Shown piece after piece: positions 8,942-17,346 of a stretch of DNA of 17,728 nucleotides (position 1 is its first letter; each line of letters begins with the position of its first letter). Position numbers and translations under genes: made by a program. The notes beneath the pieces are model-generated. The model made no database searches, was not told where the DNA came from, and saw only the letters and a list, made by a program, of their open reading frames with translations. The stretch is from Caldisericaceae bacterium (GTDB taxonomy: Bacteria > Caldisericota > Caldisericia > Caldisericales > Caldisericaceae): assembly GCA_049967855.1 (NCBI GenBank), contig JBMFRX010000021.1:1-17728 (forward strand), read 5' to 3'.

Positions 8942-9364
8942 TTATAGTACCTCTACGCTTCCCTTTGCATCTTCAATCTTTTTAACTGCTGACTTGGAGA
9001 ACTTCGATGCCTTAACCTTGAGAGCTGATTTAACATCTCCTCTACCAAGGACCTTCACAGAGTTACCAAAGATTTCGTTGAGATTCAATTCCTCAGCGCC
9101 ACTTGCAAGAGCTTCAAGTTCGTCAGTATTAATCTCTACGTATTCTGTCCTACTTATAGGCTTAAAACCTCTAAATTTGGGCAATCTTCTGTAAAGAGGA
9201 GTTTGTCCTCCTTCAAAACCTTTTTGCTTTGTACCGCCAGAACGCACTTTGGCACCTTTACAACCATAGGTAGAAAAAGTACCTCTGCCTGAACCGTTTC
9301 CTCTTCCAACTCTAATTTTCTTATCAGTTGCATTAGATTTTGGTTTTAGATCATTAAGCCTCAT
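8942..9364 (-). CDS. rplO: 50S ribosomal protein L15
   Basis: RVGRGNGSG, GFEGGQTPLYRRLPK.RGF, VKVLGRG, FSKSA..KIE. Upstream of secY. Confidence 0.97.
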   Translation of the reverse strand: MRLNDLKPKSNATDKKIRVGRGNGSGRGTFSTYGCKGAKVRSGGTKQKGFEGGQTPLYRRLPKFRGFKPISRTEYVEINTDELEALASGAEELNLNEIFGNSVKVLGRGDVKSALKVKASKFSKSAVKKIEDAKGSVEVL

Positions 9365-9869
9365 CCTTACCTCCTAAAACTGCTGCTTTTCTCATTTCTG
9401 ATCGCTCAATAACAGTCTGAAGTTCCTTGAAGGCTTCAACAGTAGCCATTGCAATATTTAGTGGGTTAGAGCTACCCATTGATTTAGAAAGAAGGTCTTG
9501 AATGCCAGCTTTCTCAGCTATCATTCTTACTGCCCTTCCTGCAACAATTCCAGTTCCAGGAACTGCAGGAGCAAGGAACACTGTCGCAGTATTTCTTCTC
9601 ACAGTAATGCGAGCAGGGATAGTGTTATTTTTAATTCGAACGTTGATTATGTTTCTTTTAGCGTCGCTCACACCCTTCACAATAGCAGCAGGGATTTCCC
9701 TTGCTTTACCCACTCCAATGCCAACTCTGCCCTTCTTATCTCCAATAACAATCACAACTCTAAATCGAAGAATCTTTCCTCCTTTAACAACCTTTGTAAC
9801 TCTATCAATCTGGAGAATAGATTCCTCAAATTCTTTCTTTTCCACTTCTCTTCTCTGAGCTGTATCCAC
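9354..9869 (-). CDS. rpsE: 30S ribosomal protein S5
   Basis: RVTKVVKGG, GDKKGRVGIGVGKAREIP.AI, PAVPGTGIVAG, KSMGSSNP.N. GTG start with AGGAGG RBS. Confidence 0.98.
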   Translation of the reverse strand: MDTAQRREVEKKEFEESILQIDRVTKVVKGGKILRFRVVIVIGDKKGRVGIGVGKAREIPAAIVKGVSDAKRNIINVRIKNNTIPARITVRRNTATVFLAPAVPGTGIVAGRAVRMIAEKAGIQDLLSKSMGSSNPLNIAMATVEAFKELQTVIERSEMRKAAVLGGKDEA

Positions 9870-9878
9870 AAGAGCCTC

Positions 9879-10247
9879 CTAAAATTTTAATCCGCTGTTC
9901 CTTGCTTCATCAGCAAGAGCTTTTATTCGACCGTGATAAAGATACCCACCCCTATCGAAGACTACTTCCTTTATTCCCTTTTCAAGTGCTCTCTTGGCAA
10001 TCGTTTCACCAACCAGTTTTGCTGCGTTAGTTAAATTCATACTGGCTGCTTCATTCTTAATTTCCTTTTCTACTGTAGAAGCAGAAACAAGCGTTGCACC
10101 CTTCTCGTCATCGATAATCTGGGCATAAACATTATTCAAACTTATATAGACTGAGAGTCGTGGACGAGCCTCTGTACCAACAAGCTTCTGTCTAATCCTC
10201 TCGTGTCTTATGCGTCGAGTCATCGTTCTTGTATTTTTGTTTATCAT
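9879..10247 (-). CDS. rplR: 50S ribosomal protein L18
   Basis: [39 protein letters not shown]. Confidence 0.98.
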   Translation of the reverse strand: MINKNTRTMTRRIRHERIRQKLVGTEARPRLSVYISLNNVYAQIIDDEKGATLVSASTVEKEIKNEAASMNLTNAAKLVGETIAKRALEKGIKEVVFDRGGYLYHGRIKALADEARNSGLKF

Positions 10248-10259
10248 ATCATACTCTCC

Positions 10260-10808
10260 TTACTTCGCACCAGAGGCAACTGTTTTACCAGCCTTTCTCC
10301 TGATTCTCTCGCCATCATAAATTATCCCCTTTGCTTTGTATGGGTCAACTTTTCTGAGATGTCTCAGTTTTTGAGAAAAAGCTCCAACAAGCTCTCTATC
10401 AATACCAAAAACAGATATACCCTGTCCTTCAACAGTAACAGTCAAACCAGAAGGTATTTCTAAGACAATCGGGTGACTATAACCAAGAGAAAGCTCAATG
10501 TTTTTGCCGTTAACAGCCGCTTTATAAGTCTTCTCGTTGATTAGAAGCTTCTTGCTGAAACCCTCAACAACACCAACCACCATATTATTAAGAAGTGCTC
10601 GTGTCGTGCCATGAATTGCTTTATAAAACGGGGTATCAGATGGCCTTGTCACAGTAATAATTCCGTCGTCAAGACTAATTGAAACTTCAGGATGAAAAGC
10701 TCTCTTGAGAGTCCCTTTTGGCCCTTTGACTTCTACTACGTTTTTGTCCATAATCTGAACAGTTACATTCTTGGGAACAGAAATAGGTTTTCTACCAACT
10801 CTTGACAT
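10260..10808 (-). CDS. rplF: 50S ribosomal protein L6
   Basis: MSRVGRKPI, VKGPKGTL, HGTTRALLNNMVVGV, LGYSHP, PYK.KGI, RRKAGK. Confidence 0.97.
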   Translation of the reverse strand: MSRVGRKPISVPKNVTVQIMDKNVVEVKGPKGTLKRAFHPEVSISLDDGIITVTRPSDTPFYKAIHGTTRALLNNMVVGVVEGFSKKLLINEKTYKAAVNGKNIELSLGYSHPIVLEIPSGLTVTVEGQGISVFGIDRELVGAFSQKLRHLRKVDPYKAKGIIYDGERIRRKAGKTVASGAK

Positions 10809-10817
10809 AGCCGCCTC

Positions 10818-11213
10818 CTACCAAACAAAACACAATACTTCTCCACCAAGGCCTATAGTACGAGCTTCTTTATCACTCATAATCCCTTTGGATGTAGAAA
10901 TAATGGCAGTGCCAAAACCGTCAAGCACTTTTGGAAGCTGGTCTCTGTTTACATAAACCCTTCGACCTGGCTTGCTTATTCTCTTCACTCCAAGAATATA
11001 CCCTTCCTTGCTTGAACCATATCTCATATGTATTTTGACATATTTCTTTCCTTCAATTTCAATTTCCTCAAAATCCTTGAGGAACCCTTCTTTTTTAAGA
11101 ACTTTCAAAACTGAAACAACCATCTTAGAAGAAGGAACAGTAAGTGATTTATGCTTTGCATCACTTGCATTCTTTAATCTTATAAGAAGGTCTGCTACTG
11201 GATCATTAACCAT
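10818..11213 (-). CDS. rpsH: 30S ribosomal protein S8
   Basis: DPVADLL.R..NA, LKKEGF, RISKPGRRVY, ISTSKGIMSD, GGEVLCFVW. Confidence 0.98.
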   Translation of the reverse strand: MVNDPVADLLIRLKNASDAKHKSLTVPSSKMVVSVLKVLKKEGFLKDFEEIEIEGKKYVKIHMRYGSSKEGYILGVKRISKPGRRVYVNRDQLPKVLDGFGTAIISTSKGIMSDKEARTIGLGGEVLCFVW

Positions 11214-11222
11214 AGTTCCTCC

Positions 11223-11408
11223 TTACCAACTTGCCTTCTTGACACCTGGCACTTCACCGCGCAGAGCAAGTTTTCTCAAACAATGCCTGCATATCCCAAA
11301 GCGACTAATATAACCATGTGTTCTACCACAAATCTTACACCTATTATGCTGCCTAACAGCAAATTTAGGTTCTTTATTCGATTTCTCAATCATTGCTTTT
11401 CTTGCCAT
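11223..11408 (-). CDS. rpsN: 30S ribosomal protein S14 type Z (61 aa, Zn-binding)
   Basis: [40 protein letters not shown]. Second of two tandem ATGs chosen as start. Confidence 0.97.
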   Translation of the reverse strand: MARKAMIEKSNKEPKFAVRQHNRCKICGRTHGYISRFGICRHCLRKLALRGEVPGVKKASW

Positions 11409-11417
11409 CATTCACCT

Positions 11418-12026
11418 CTAATTCTTTCTAAAAGGAAATCCCAAGAATTCAAGTAAGGCTCTAGCTTCTTCGTCGGTCTTTGCTGTAGTTACTATTGTTA
11501 CGTTGAATCCTCTTACCTTATCGACCATATCATAATCAATTTTAGGGAAAATAAGTTGCTCTTTTATTCCAAAAGTGTAATTTCCTCTCCCATCAAAAGA
11601 ATCAGGCGGAAGTCCTTTAAAATCTCTAATCCTTGGTAGAGCTTCGTTAACAAGGCTTTCAAAAAACGTGTACATTTTGTTACCACGAAGAGTAATCTTC
11701 ACTCCAATCGGCGCCTGCTCTCTGACCTTAAAAGAGGCTATAGATTTCTTAGCTTTTGTAATGACTGGCCTTTGCTGAGTTATAAGAATGAACTCTTGAA
11801 CACTCTTTTCGAGTGCCTGGGGATTCTCAATGGCTTCTCCAACGCCTCTGTTTACAGAGATGCTCACTAGCTTTGGCACTTGCATAACATTCTTATAGCC
11901 AAACTTCTCTATCATTCTTCCCTTTACTTCTTTTTCGTACTTAACTTTAAGAGCAGAAGCTGGGAGCTTTTCATTAATAAGTTCTTCAAGCTTATTGTCA
12001 ACTTTTACTGTAGCTTTCTTTGACAT
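11418..12026 (-). CDS. rplE: 50S ribosomal protein L5 with N-terminal extension
   Basis: [46 protein letters not shown]. Start set at ATG 12026 after GAGGTGA RBS. Confidence 0.97.
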   Translation of the reverse strand: MSKKATVKVDNKLEELINEKLPASALKVKYEKEVKGRMIEKFGYKNVMQVPKLVSISVNRGVGEAIENPQALEKSVQEFILITQQRPVITKAKKSIASFKVREQAPIGVKITLRGNKMYTFFESLVNEALPRIRDFKGLPPDSFDGRGNYTFGIKEQLIFPKIDYDMVDKVRGFNVTIVTTAKTDEEARALLEFLGFPFRKN

Positions 12027-12040
12027 GTTCACCTCACGTC

Positions 12041-12385
12041 CTAAATCTTATCCATAACTTCATGGCAATTCTTGCATATTCTTACACTCTTGCCATCTTC
12101 AAGCAATTTATGGGCAACCCTTGTTGCTTCATGACAATGAGGGCATATCAACATAACTTTATTAACATTGATAGGGCCTTCTCTCTGGGTGATTTTGCCT
12201 TGTGGCATTTCTTGAGTTGGCTTCAGAAAATGGGTAAGCATATTTACTCCTTCGACAACAACTCTACCTTCTGAGGGAATCGTTCTTATTACCTTGCCCT
12301 TTTTCCCTTTGTCATCGCCTGAAACAACAATAACTGTATCACCTTTCTTAATATCCAAATACTTAACTTGTTTCACTTTTTCCAT
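12041..12385 (-). CDS. rplX: 50S ribosomal protein L24
   Basis: [21 protein letters not shown] (KOW), VVEGVN, EGPI, CPHC..CKNC. Confidence 0.97.
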   Translation of the reverse strand: MEKVKQVKYLDIKKGDTVIVVSGDDKGKKGKVIRTIPSEGRVVVEGVNMLTHFLKPTQEMPQGKITQREGPINVNKVMLICPHCHEATRVAHKLLEDGKSVRICKNCHEVMDKI

Positions 12386-12393
12386 TATTCCTC

Positions 12394-12762
12394 CTAAAGA
12401 ACCTCGGGAGCAAGGGAAGCTATTTTGATAAAACCTTTCTTCCTAAGTTCCCTGGCAACAGGTCCAAAAACTCTGGTTCCTTTCGGATTACCTTCTTCGT
12501 CTATTATCACAGCTGCATTATCGTCAAACCGTATTATGCTGCCGTCTTCCCTTTTTATAGGATATGACGTTCTAACCACAATGGCCTTAACAACTGAGCC
12601 CTTTGCAACAGGACTATTTGGAACTGCCTTCTTAACTGTGGCTACAATTTTGTCACCAACAGAAGCAGTTTGTCTCTTTCCTACGCCAAGAATTGTAATT
12701 AGAGAAATCTCTTTTGCGCCAGTGTTGTCAGCAACAACCAGTCTTGAATATTGCCTAATCAT
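12394..12762 (-). CDS. rplN: 50S ribosomal protein L14
   Basis: [41 protein letters not shown]. Confidence 0.98.
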   Translation of the reverse strand: MIRQYSRLVVADNTGAKEISLITILGVGKRQTASVGDKIVATVKKAVPNSPVAKGSVVKAIVVRTSYPIKREDGSIIRFDDNAAVIIDEEGNPKGTRVFGPVARELRKKGFIKIASLAPEVL

Positions 12763-13004
12763 TCAGCACCTCCAGAAATAATTTCTGTAACCTTCCATCT
12801 CTTCAGCTTGCTAAGAGGACGAGTCTCAACAACCTTTACAATGTCTCCTGGCTTCACCTTGCCTTCGACATCCTCGGCATAAACTTTCGTAAACTGCTTG
12901 GTTTGTTTCCTATAAAGTGGGTGGCTTACAAGGTTAGTGACCTTCACAACAACAGTTTTCTGATAAGAGCTAACGACTTCTCCAACAAGTTCTTTCCTAG
13001 CCAT
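12759..13004 (-). CDS. rpsQ: 30S ribosomal protein S17
   Basis: [30 protein letters not shown]. Confidence 0.96.
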   Translation of the reverse strand: MARKELVGEVVSSYQKTVVVKVTNLVSHPLYRKQTKQFTKVYAEDVEGKVKPGDIVKVVETRPLSKLKRWKVTEIISGGAE

Positions 13005-13005
13005 T

Positions 13006-13206
13006 TTACACCTCTTTCCTTAATTCTCGCTGTCTCTTAATTGTAAGCAGACGAGCAATATCTTTCCTTACCAGCATTATCCGAGCAGGATTGTGAAGCT
13101 GGTGCGTAGCGAGCTGGAATCTCAAGTTGAAAAGTTCCTTACGTAGATTTTTCAAACCGTCTTCAAGTTCTCTATCACTCATATCTCTTATCTTATCAGC
13201 TTTCAT
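13006..13206 (-). CDS. rpmC: 50S ribosomal protein L29
   Basis: [28 protein letters not shown]. Start set at ATG 13206 after GAGGAGG RBS. Confidence 0.96.
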   Translation of the reverse strand: MKADKIRDMSDRELEDGLKNLRKELFNLRFQLATHQLHNPARIMLVRKDIARLLTIKRQRELRKEV

Positions 13207-13207
13207 C

Positions 13208-13621
13208 TCATTCCTCCTCACGCTGGATCATTACAACTTTAACAGGAAGTTTAAATCCAACTTGCTTTGTAAGCTCTTCGGCTTGTTCCTTACTAACACC
13301 AGAGAATTCGAACATAACTCTTCCTGGCCTAACCACAGCAACCCAGTGGTCAACGTCACCTTTTCCACTACCCATTCTTGTTTCTTGAGGTTTCTTGGTA
13401 ACTGTTTTGTCAGGGAAAATTGTAATCCATAGCTTACCGGTTTTTCTTACTGCAGATATAAGTACAAGCCTTGCTGCTTCTATCTGACGAGAAGAAATCC
13501 AACCAGGCTCGATGGTTTGAATTCCGTATTCTCCAAAATTCACATCGAAACCACCTTTAGCCTTTCCTTTCATTCTACCCCTGTGCATCTTTCTATATTT
13601 AACTCTTTCAGGCATTAACAT
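13208..13621 (-). CDS. rplP: 50S ribosomal protein L16
   Basis: [45 protein letters not shown]. Confidence 0.98.
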   Translation of the reverse strand: MLMPERVKYRKMHRGRMKGKAKGGFDVNFGEYGIQTIEPGWISSRQIEAARLVLISAVRKTGKLWITIFPDKTVTKKPQETRMGSGKGDVDHWVAVVRPGRVMFEFSGVSKEQAEELTKQVGFKLPVKVVMIQREEE

Positions 13622-13639
13622 ATAAAATAGCCTCCTTTA

Positions 13640-14305
13640 TCATTGCTCTTCGGCAAAAAAAGTTACAGGTTTTGCATCGCCTTTGTAAACCCAGACTTTT
13701 ACACCGATTCTTCCAAATTTAGTCAAAGCTGGCAATTCAGAATAATCTATATCCGCAGTCAAGGTCTGAAGAGGAACTCTTCCTTCCCTGAACCATTCTG
13801 TTCGTGCAATTTCAGCGCCTCCAAGTCTACCTGAGACCTGGATTTTAACTCCCTTTGCACCTGCCCTCATAGCCCTTGTAATAGCTTGTTTTATAGCCCT
13901 CTTGTGAGAAACATTCTGCTCAAGTTTCTGAATAACACCCTGGGCAATAAGACTTGCGTTCACCTCGGGATGCTTAACTTCCTTCACTTCAATCTTAGGC
14001 TTGGCCTCTTTATTAACTATTGCATCTCGCACCATATCCTCGAGTTTATTTATCTCAGAACCTTTCTTGCCGATAAGCATACCTGGCCTGGCACTGAATA
14101 TAACTACATGCAACTCGTTGCCAGATTTTCGTATGATGTCTATTTGCGAGATACCTGCATTAGGTCCAAGCGATTCAAGCTTTCTGCGGATTTTGTAGTC
14201 TTCCAACAAGTATTTAGCATAGTCCTTCTTAGGAGCGTACCATTTGCCAAACCAATCTTTTGTTATACCAAGTCTAAAACCATATGGATGAGTTTTCTGA
14301 CCCAT
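13640..14305 (-). CDS. rpsC: 30S ribosomal protein S3
   Basis: MGQKTHPYGFRLG, RPGMLIGKKG (KH), SGRLGGAEIARTEW..GRVPLQTL.ADIDY, IGVKVWVYKG. Start set at ATG 14305. Confidence 0.98.
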   Translation of the reverse strand: MGQKTHPYGFRLGITKDWFGKWYAPKKDYAKYLLEDYKIRRKLESLGPNAGISQIDIIRKSGNELHVVIFSARPGMLIGKKGSEINKLEDMVRDAIVNKEAKPKIEVKEVKHPEVNASLIAQGVIQKLEQNVSHKRAIKQAITRAMRAGAKGVKIQVSGRLGGAEIARTEWFREGRVPLQTLTADIDYSELPALTKFGRIGVKVWVYKGDAKPVTFFAEEQ

Positions 14306-14306
14306 A

Positions 14307-14648
14307 TTATTCACCTTCCTTATCTTTTACAACAACCATTATTCTGCTGACTGGCTTCTTAGTAATATCAGCTCTTCCAAAACCTCTTGGCATTACTCTT
14401 TTTAAAGGAGCTTCAGAATCAATAACTGCTTTAGCAATATACATAGAGTCTTTATCCATTTTGAAATTGTTCTCTCCGTTTGCAACAGCAGAATCAAGAG
14501 TATCCTCAATATATTTGCAAGCCTTATTCGGAAGAACTTTCAAAATAGCCTTGGCTTGGTTTACGGGTTTCCCGACAATGAGTCTTGCAACAAGACGAGC
14601 TTTAGTTGCAGAGAGCCTCAAATGTTTTGTAACAGCATAAGCTTCCAT
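14307..14648 (-). CDS. rplV: 50S ribosomal protein L22
   Basis: R.S..KARLVA.LI.GK.V..A, SAVAN.ENN, LKR..PR..GRA. Lies between rpsS and rpsC. Confidence 0.96.
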   Translation of the reverse strand: MEAYAVTKHLRLSATKARLVARLIVGKPVNQAKAILKVLPNKACKYIEDTLDSAVANGENNFKMDKDSMYIAKAVIDSEAPLKRVMPRGFGRADITKKPVSRIMVVVKDKEGE

Positions 14649-14662
14649 AATCCAATACCTCC

Positions 14663-14938
14663 CTAAGTCTTGGTAATAACTCTTGCAGATGGAGCCCTAT
14701 GCCCATGAAAGGTTCTTGTAGAAGCAAACTCTCCAAGCTTATGGCCAACCATATCAGGAGTAATGTACACAGGAATATGCGTTTTACCATTGTGGACTGC
14801 AATTGTATGTCCAATCATCTCTTCAGTGATTGAAGATCTTCTGCACCATACTTTTATGACCTTCTTCTCACCCTTCTCGTTCATTTTCTTTATTTTTCCA
14901 AGCAATTTTTCGTCAACAAAATCACCAGTTCTTGGCAT
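14663..14938 (-). CDS. rpsS: 30S ribosomal protein S19
   Basis: [39 protein letters not shown]. Confidence 0.97.
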   Translation of the reverse strand: MPRTGDFVDEKLLGKIKKMNEKGEKKVIKVWCRRSSITEEMIGHTIAVHNGKTHIPVYITPDMVGHKLGEFASTRTFHGHRAPSARVITKT

Positions 14939-15768
14939 TATTTCCTCCTCTTTACAATATATCTATTTGAAGGATTCTTCTTCTTCCTGGTCTTGTAACC
15001 AAGAGTAGGCTTTCCCCAAGGTGTAAGTGGGCCAGGATGTCCAATTGGGGACTTTCCCTCTCCACCACCATGCGGGTGGTCTACTGGGTTCATTGCGCTT
15101 CCTCGAACAGTTGGCCTTACTCCAAGATGCCTCTTTACTCCAGCTTTTCCAAGAGTAATATTCTCATGCTCAAGGTTTCCAACCTGACCGATTGTTGCCA
15201 TACAGTTAAGATGAATCTTCCTTATCTCTCCAGAAGTAAGCCTAACCTGGGCAAAGTCGCCTTCTTTAGCAATTATTTGGGCAACAGAACCAGCAGAACG
15301 TGCAATCTTTCCGCCTTTTCCTGGGCTAAGCTCAATGTTATGAATAAAAGTTCCAACTGGAATATTCTTCAATTGAATTGAATTTCCTGCAGAAATCTCG
15401 GCCGCTTCTCCTGAAACAACACTATCTCCTACCTTTAGACCAAGCGGTGCAAGTATGTATCTTTTCTCTCCATCTGCATAGTTGAGAAGAGCTATATAAG
15501 AAGACCTGTTTGGGTCATACTCAATTGATGCCACACGAGCAGGCACACCAAACTTATCTCTTTTGAAATCTACTATTCTGTAGAGTCTTCTATTTCCTCC
15601 GCCCTGATGTCTTACTGTTATTTTTCCAGTATTATTTCTGCCACCGTGTTTCCTGAGACCAACAACAAGAGACTTTTCTGGACGGTCTTTGGTTATAGTA
15701 TCACTGTGCTTAATAACTGAACGTCCTCTAATGCCAGATGAAGTTGGCTTGTAAAATTTTAATCCCAT
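14938..15768 (-). CDS. rplB: 50S ribosomal protein L2
   Basis: [55 protein letters not shown]. Confidence 0.99.
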   Translation of the reverse strand: MGLKFYKPTSSGIRGRSVIKHSDTITKDRPEKSLVVGLRKHGGRNNTGKITVRHQGGGNRRLYRIVDFKRDKFGVPARVASIEYDPNRSSYIALLNYADGEKRYILAPLGLKVGDSVVSGEAAEISAGNSIQLKNIPVGTFIHNIELSPGKGGKIARSAGSVAQIIAKEGDFAQVRLTSGEIRKIHLNCMATIGQVGNLEHENITLGKAGVKRHLGVRPTVRGSAMNPVDHPHGGGEGKSPIGHPGPLTPWGKPTLGYKTRKKKNPSNRYIVKRRK

Positions 15769-15780
15769 ATTTTTGTCCCC

Positions 15781-16065
15781 CTAAGCATGCTGGATTATGT
15801 CAATCTTGTATCCAGGGTATAGTGTAACAACCGCCTTTTTGTACATTGGGGTTAGGTTGAAAGAAGTTCTGGTTCTCTTCCTTTTTCCAAAGACTTTACC
15901 AATGTTGACGCTCTTTACTTTGACTGCAAAAGCCTCTTCGACGGCTCTCTTAATCATAATACTATTTGCGTCTTTATGAACAACAAAGGTATATTTGCCC
16001 TTATTGTTGAGGTCGGTAGATTTCTCTGTTACTAGTGGTCTAACAAGGACTTCGTAATTATTCAT
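15781..16065 (-). CDS. rplW: 50S ribosomal protein L23
   Basis: RPLVTEKS, KYTF.V...AN..IK.AVE..F.VKV.SVN, KKAVVTL. Start set at ATG 16065 (8-bp overlap with rplD). Confidence 0.96.
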   Translation of the reverse strand: MNNYEVLVRPLVTEKSTDLNNKGKYTFVVHKDANSIMIKRAVEEAFAVKVKSVNIGKVFGKRKRTRTSFNLTPMYKKAVVTLYPGYKIDIIQHA

Positions 16066-16720
16066 TCTTCCACCACCCTTCAAGCCCATCAACAGCTTCT
16101 TTAGTCATTATAACAAAGTCAAAGTTAACAAGGTCGTAAGCATTTAGAAACTTGTAGTTAAGAGGTTTGCAGTAGGAGATATTCCTTGCAGCCTGTTCAA
16201 CGTTACCGTTTTCTTCGCTGTAAACAAAAAGAACGCTATTAAACTTGTTTCTTGTGGTATCCCTGACCTTATCTATCAAATTCTCTTTCACCCTGTTAAT
16301 TACATCAACGATTTCTTTGGTTTTACCACTAATGTTAACACCACTTGCAAAATAAACATCGCCGTCTCCGAAACGGGCGGACAAGGAAGAAAGGACTGAT
16401 TGCCTAATTTCCTTTTTATTCATCTTAATGCTGAAATCTCTAGGGTGCGGACCAAATACAACAGCTCCTCCCTTCCAAATGTTGGAAGTACGCGAGCCCT
16501 GTCTTGACCTTCCACTTCCTTTTTGAGGTCGAAGCTTAATAGTACTGTACTTTACTCCGCCTCTTTCTTTTGTATCTGCGGTGCCTCTGCGCTTATTCGC
16601 AAGGTATCTCCTAACAGCGTTAAAAACGAGATGTTTTTTAATTTCGTGTCCGAAGTAGTCATCAATAAGGTCAACTACTTCTATAGAATTATCAGAAACA
16701 TTTATAATATTTGCTTTCAT
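16058..16720 (-). CDS. rplD: 50S ribosomal protein L4
   Basis: LANKRRGT..TK.R, QKGSGRSRQGS, W.GG.VVFGP.PRD, KMNKK, AARNI, LNAYDLV. Confidence 0.96.
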   Translation of the reverse strand: MKANIINVSDNSIEVVDLIDDYFGHEIKKHLVFNAVRRYLANKRRGTADTKERGGVKYSTIKLRPQKGSGRSRQGSRTSNIWKGGAVVFGPHPRDFSIKMNKKEIRQSVLSSLSARFGDGDVYFASGVNISGKTKEIVDVINRVKENLIDKVRDTTRNKFNSVLFVYSEENGNVEQAARNISYCKPLNYKFLNAYDLVNFDFVIMTKEAVDGLEGWWKNE

Positions 16721-16729
16721 AAATCCTCC

Positions 16730-17335
16730 TTAGGCTCTAATAAAAAGCAAACTTTTATCAACACCAGGTACATTGCCTTTTATGAGGATTAAGTTCTTCT
16801 CAGGGTCAATTTTAACAATTTCCAAATTCCTTATAGTAATTGTATCCTGACCAAGGTGTCCAGCCATCTTCATTCCCTTAAAAACTCTTCCAGGAACAGC
16901 TCTTTGTCCGATTGAACCTCTTCTCCGCGTAGCACCATGACCATGACTTGCCGGCCAACCTGCAAAATTCCATCTTTTAACCGGGCCTGCAAATCCTTTT
17001 CCTTTAGAGATGCCTGTAACCTTAACAAACTTTGAATCCTTAAAACTTTCCACTGTAACTGTGTCTCCAACTTCTCCTTCCATCTCTCGAAACTCCTTGA
17101 GAAATCTAAAAGCTGGGACATTGTTCTTCTTAAATACTCCCTGCATAGGCTTGTTAACCTTTGAGGGCTTCAATTCTACAAAGCCAAGTTCAACAGCTGA
17201 ATAACCATTTTTCTCAGGTGTCTTCTTATCGACAATAACGCATGGACCTGCTTTAACAACAGTAACGGGAACCGCCTCGTCTCCTAAGTAGATGGAAGTC
17301 ATGCCTAGTTTAAGTCCCAATATTCCTTTCGCCAT
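16730..17335 (-). CDS. rplC: 50S ribosomal protein L3
   Basis: GILGLKLGMT, VPVTV, GY.AV.LGF, VTGISKGKGFAG..KRW, ASHG, PGRVFKG.KMAGH.G, IKGNVPG. Start set at ATG 17335 after GGAGG. Confidence 0.98.
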   Translation of the reverse strand: MAKGILGLKLGMTSIYLGDEAVPVTVVKAGPCVIVDKKTPEKNGYSAVELGFVELKPSKVNKPMQGVFKKNNVPAFRFLKEFREMEGEVGDTVTVESFKDSKFVKVTGISKGKGFAGPVKRWNFAGWPASHGHGATRRRGSIGQRAVPGRVFKGMKMAGHLGQDTITIRNLEIVKIDPEKNLILIKGNVPGVDKSLLFIRA

Positions 17336-17346
17336 ATCAGCCTCCA

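Noticed and set aside
11973..12048. Perfect TTGACA hexamers on both strands (minus 11996-12001, plus 12020-12025) as possible internal promoters
   Set aside because: Neither has a convincing -10 element at 16-18 bp spacing (best minus-strand candidates are ATTAAT and TATTAA). Chance matches are expected in AT-rich DNA.
1683..17121. Short alternative-frame minus-strand ORFs (1683-1904, 4697-4918, 7078-7335, 14602-14814, 16870-17121)
   Set aside because: They are nested in or overlap well-supported genes, show no motifs, and none resembles uL30 or another expected protein.
925..17204. Numerous plus-strand ORFs (e.g. 1747-2244, 5206-5538, 9498-9890, 12425-12781, 13886-14350, 15037-15381)
   Set aside because: All lie antisense to conserved genes and have no recognisable domains. 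This is the expected shadow of codon bias.
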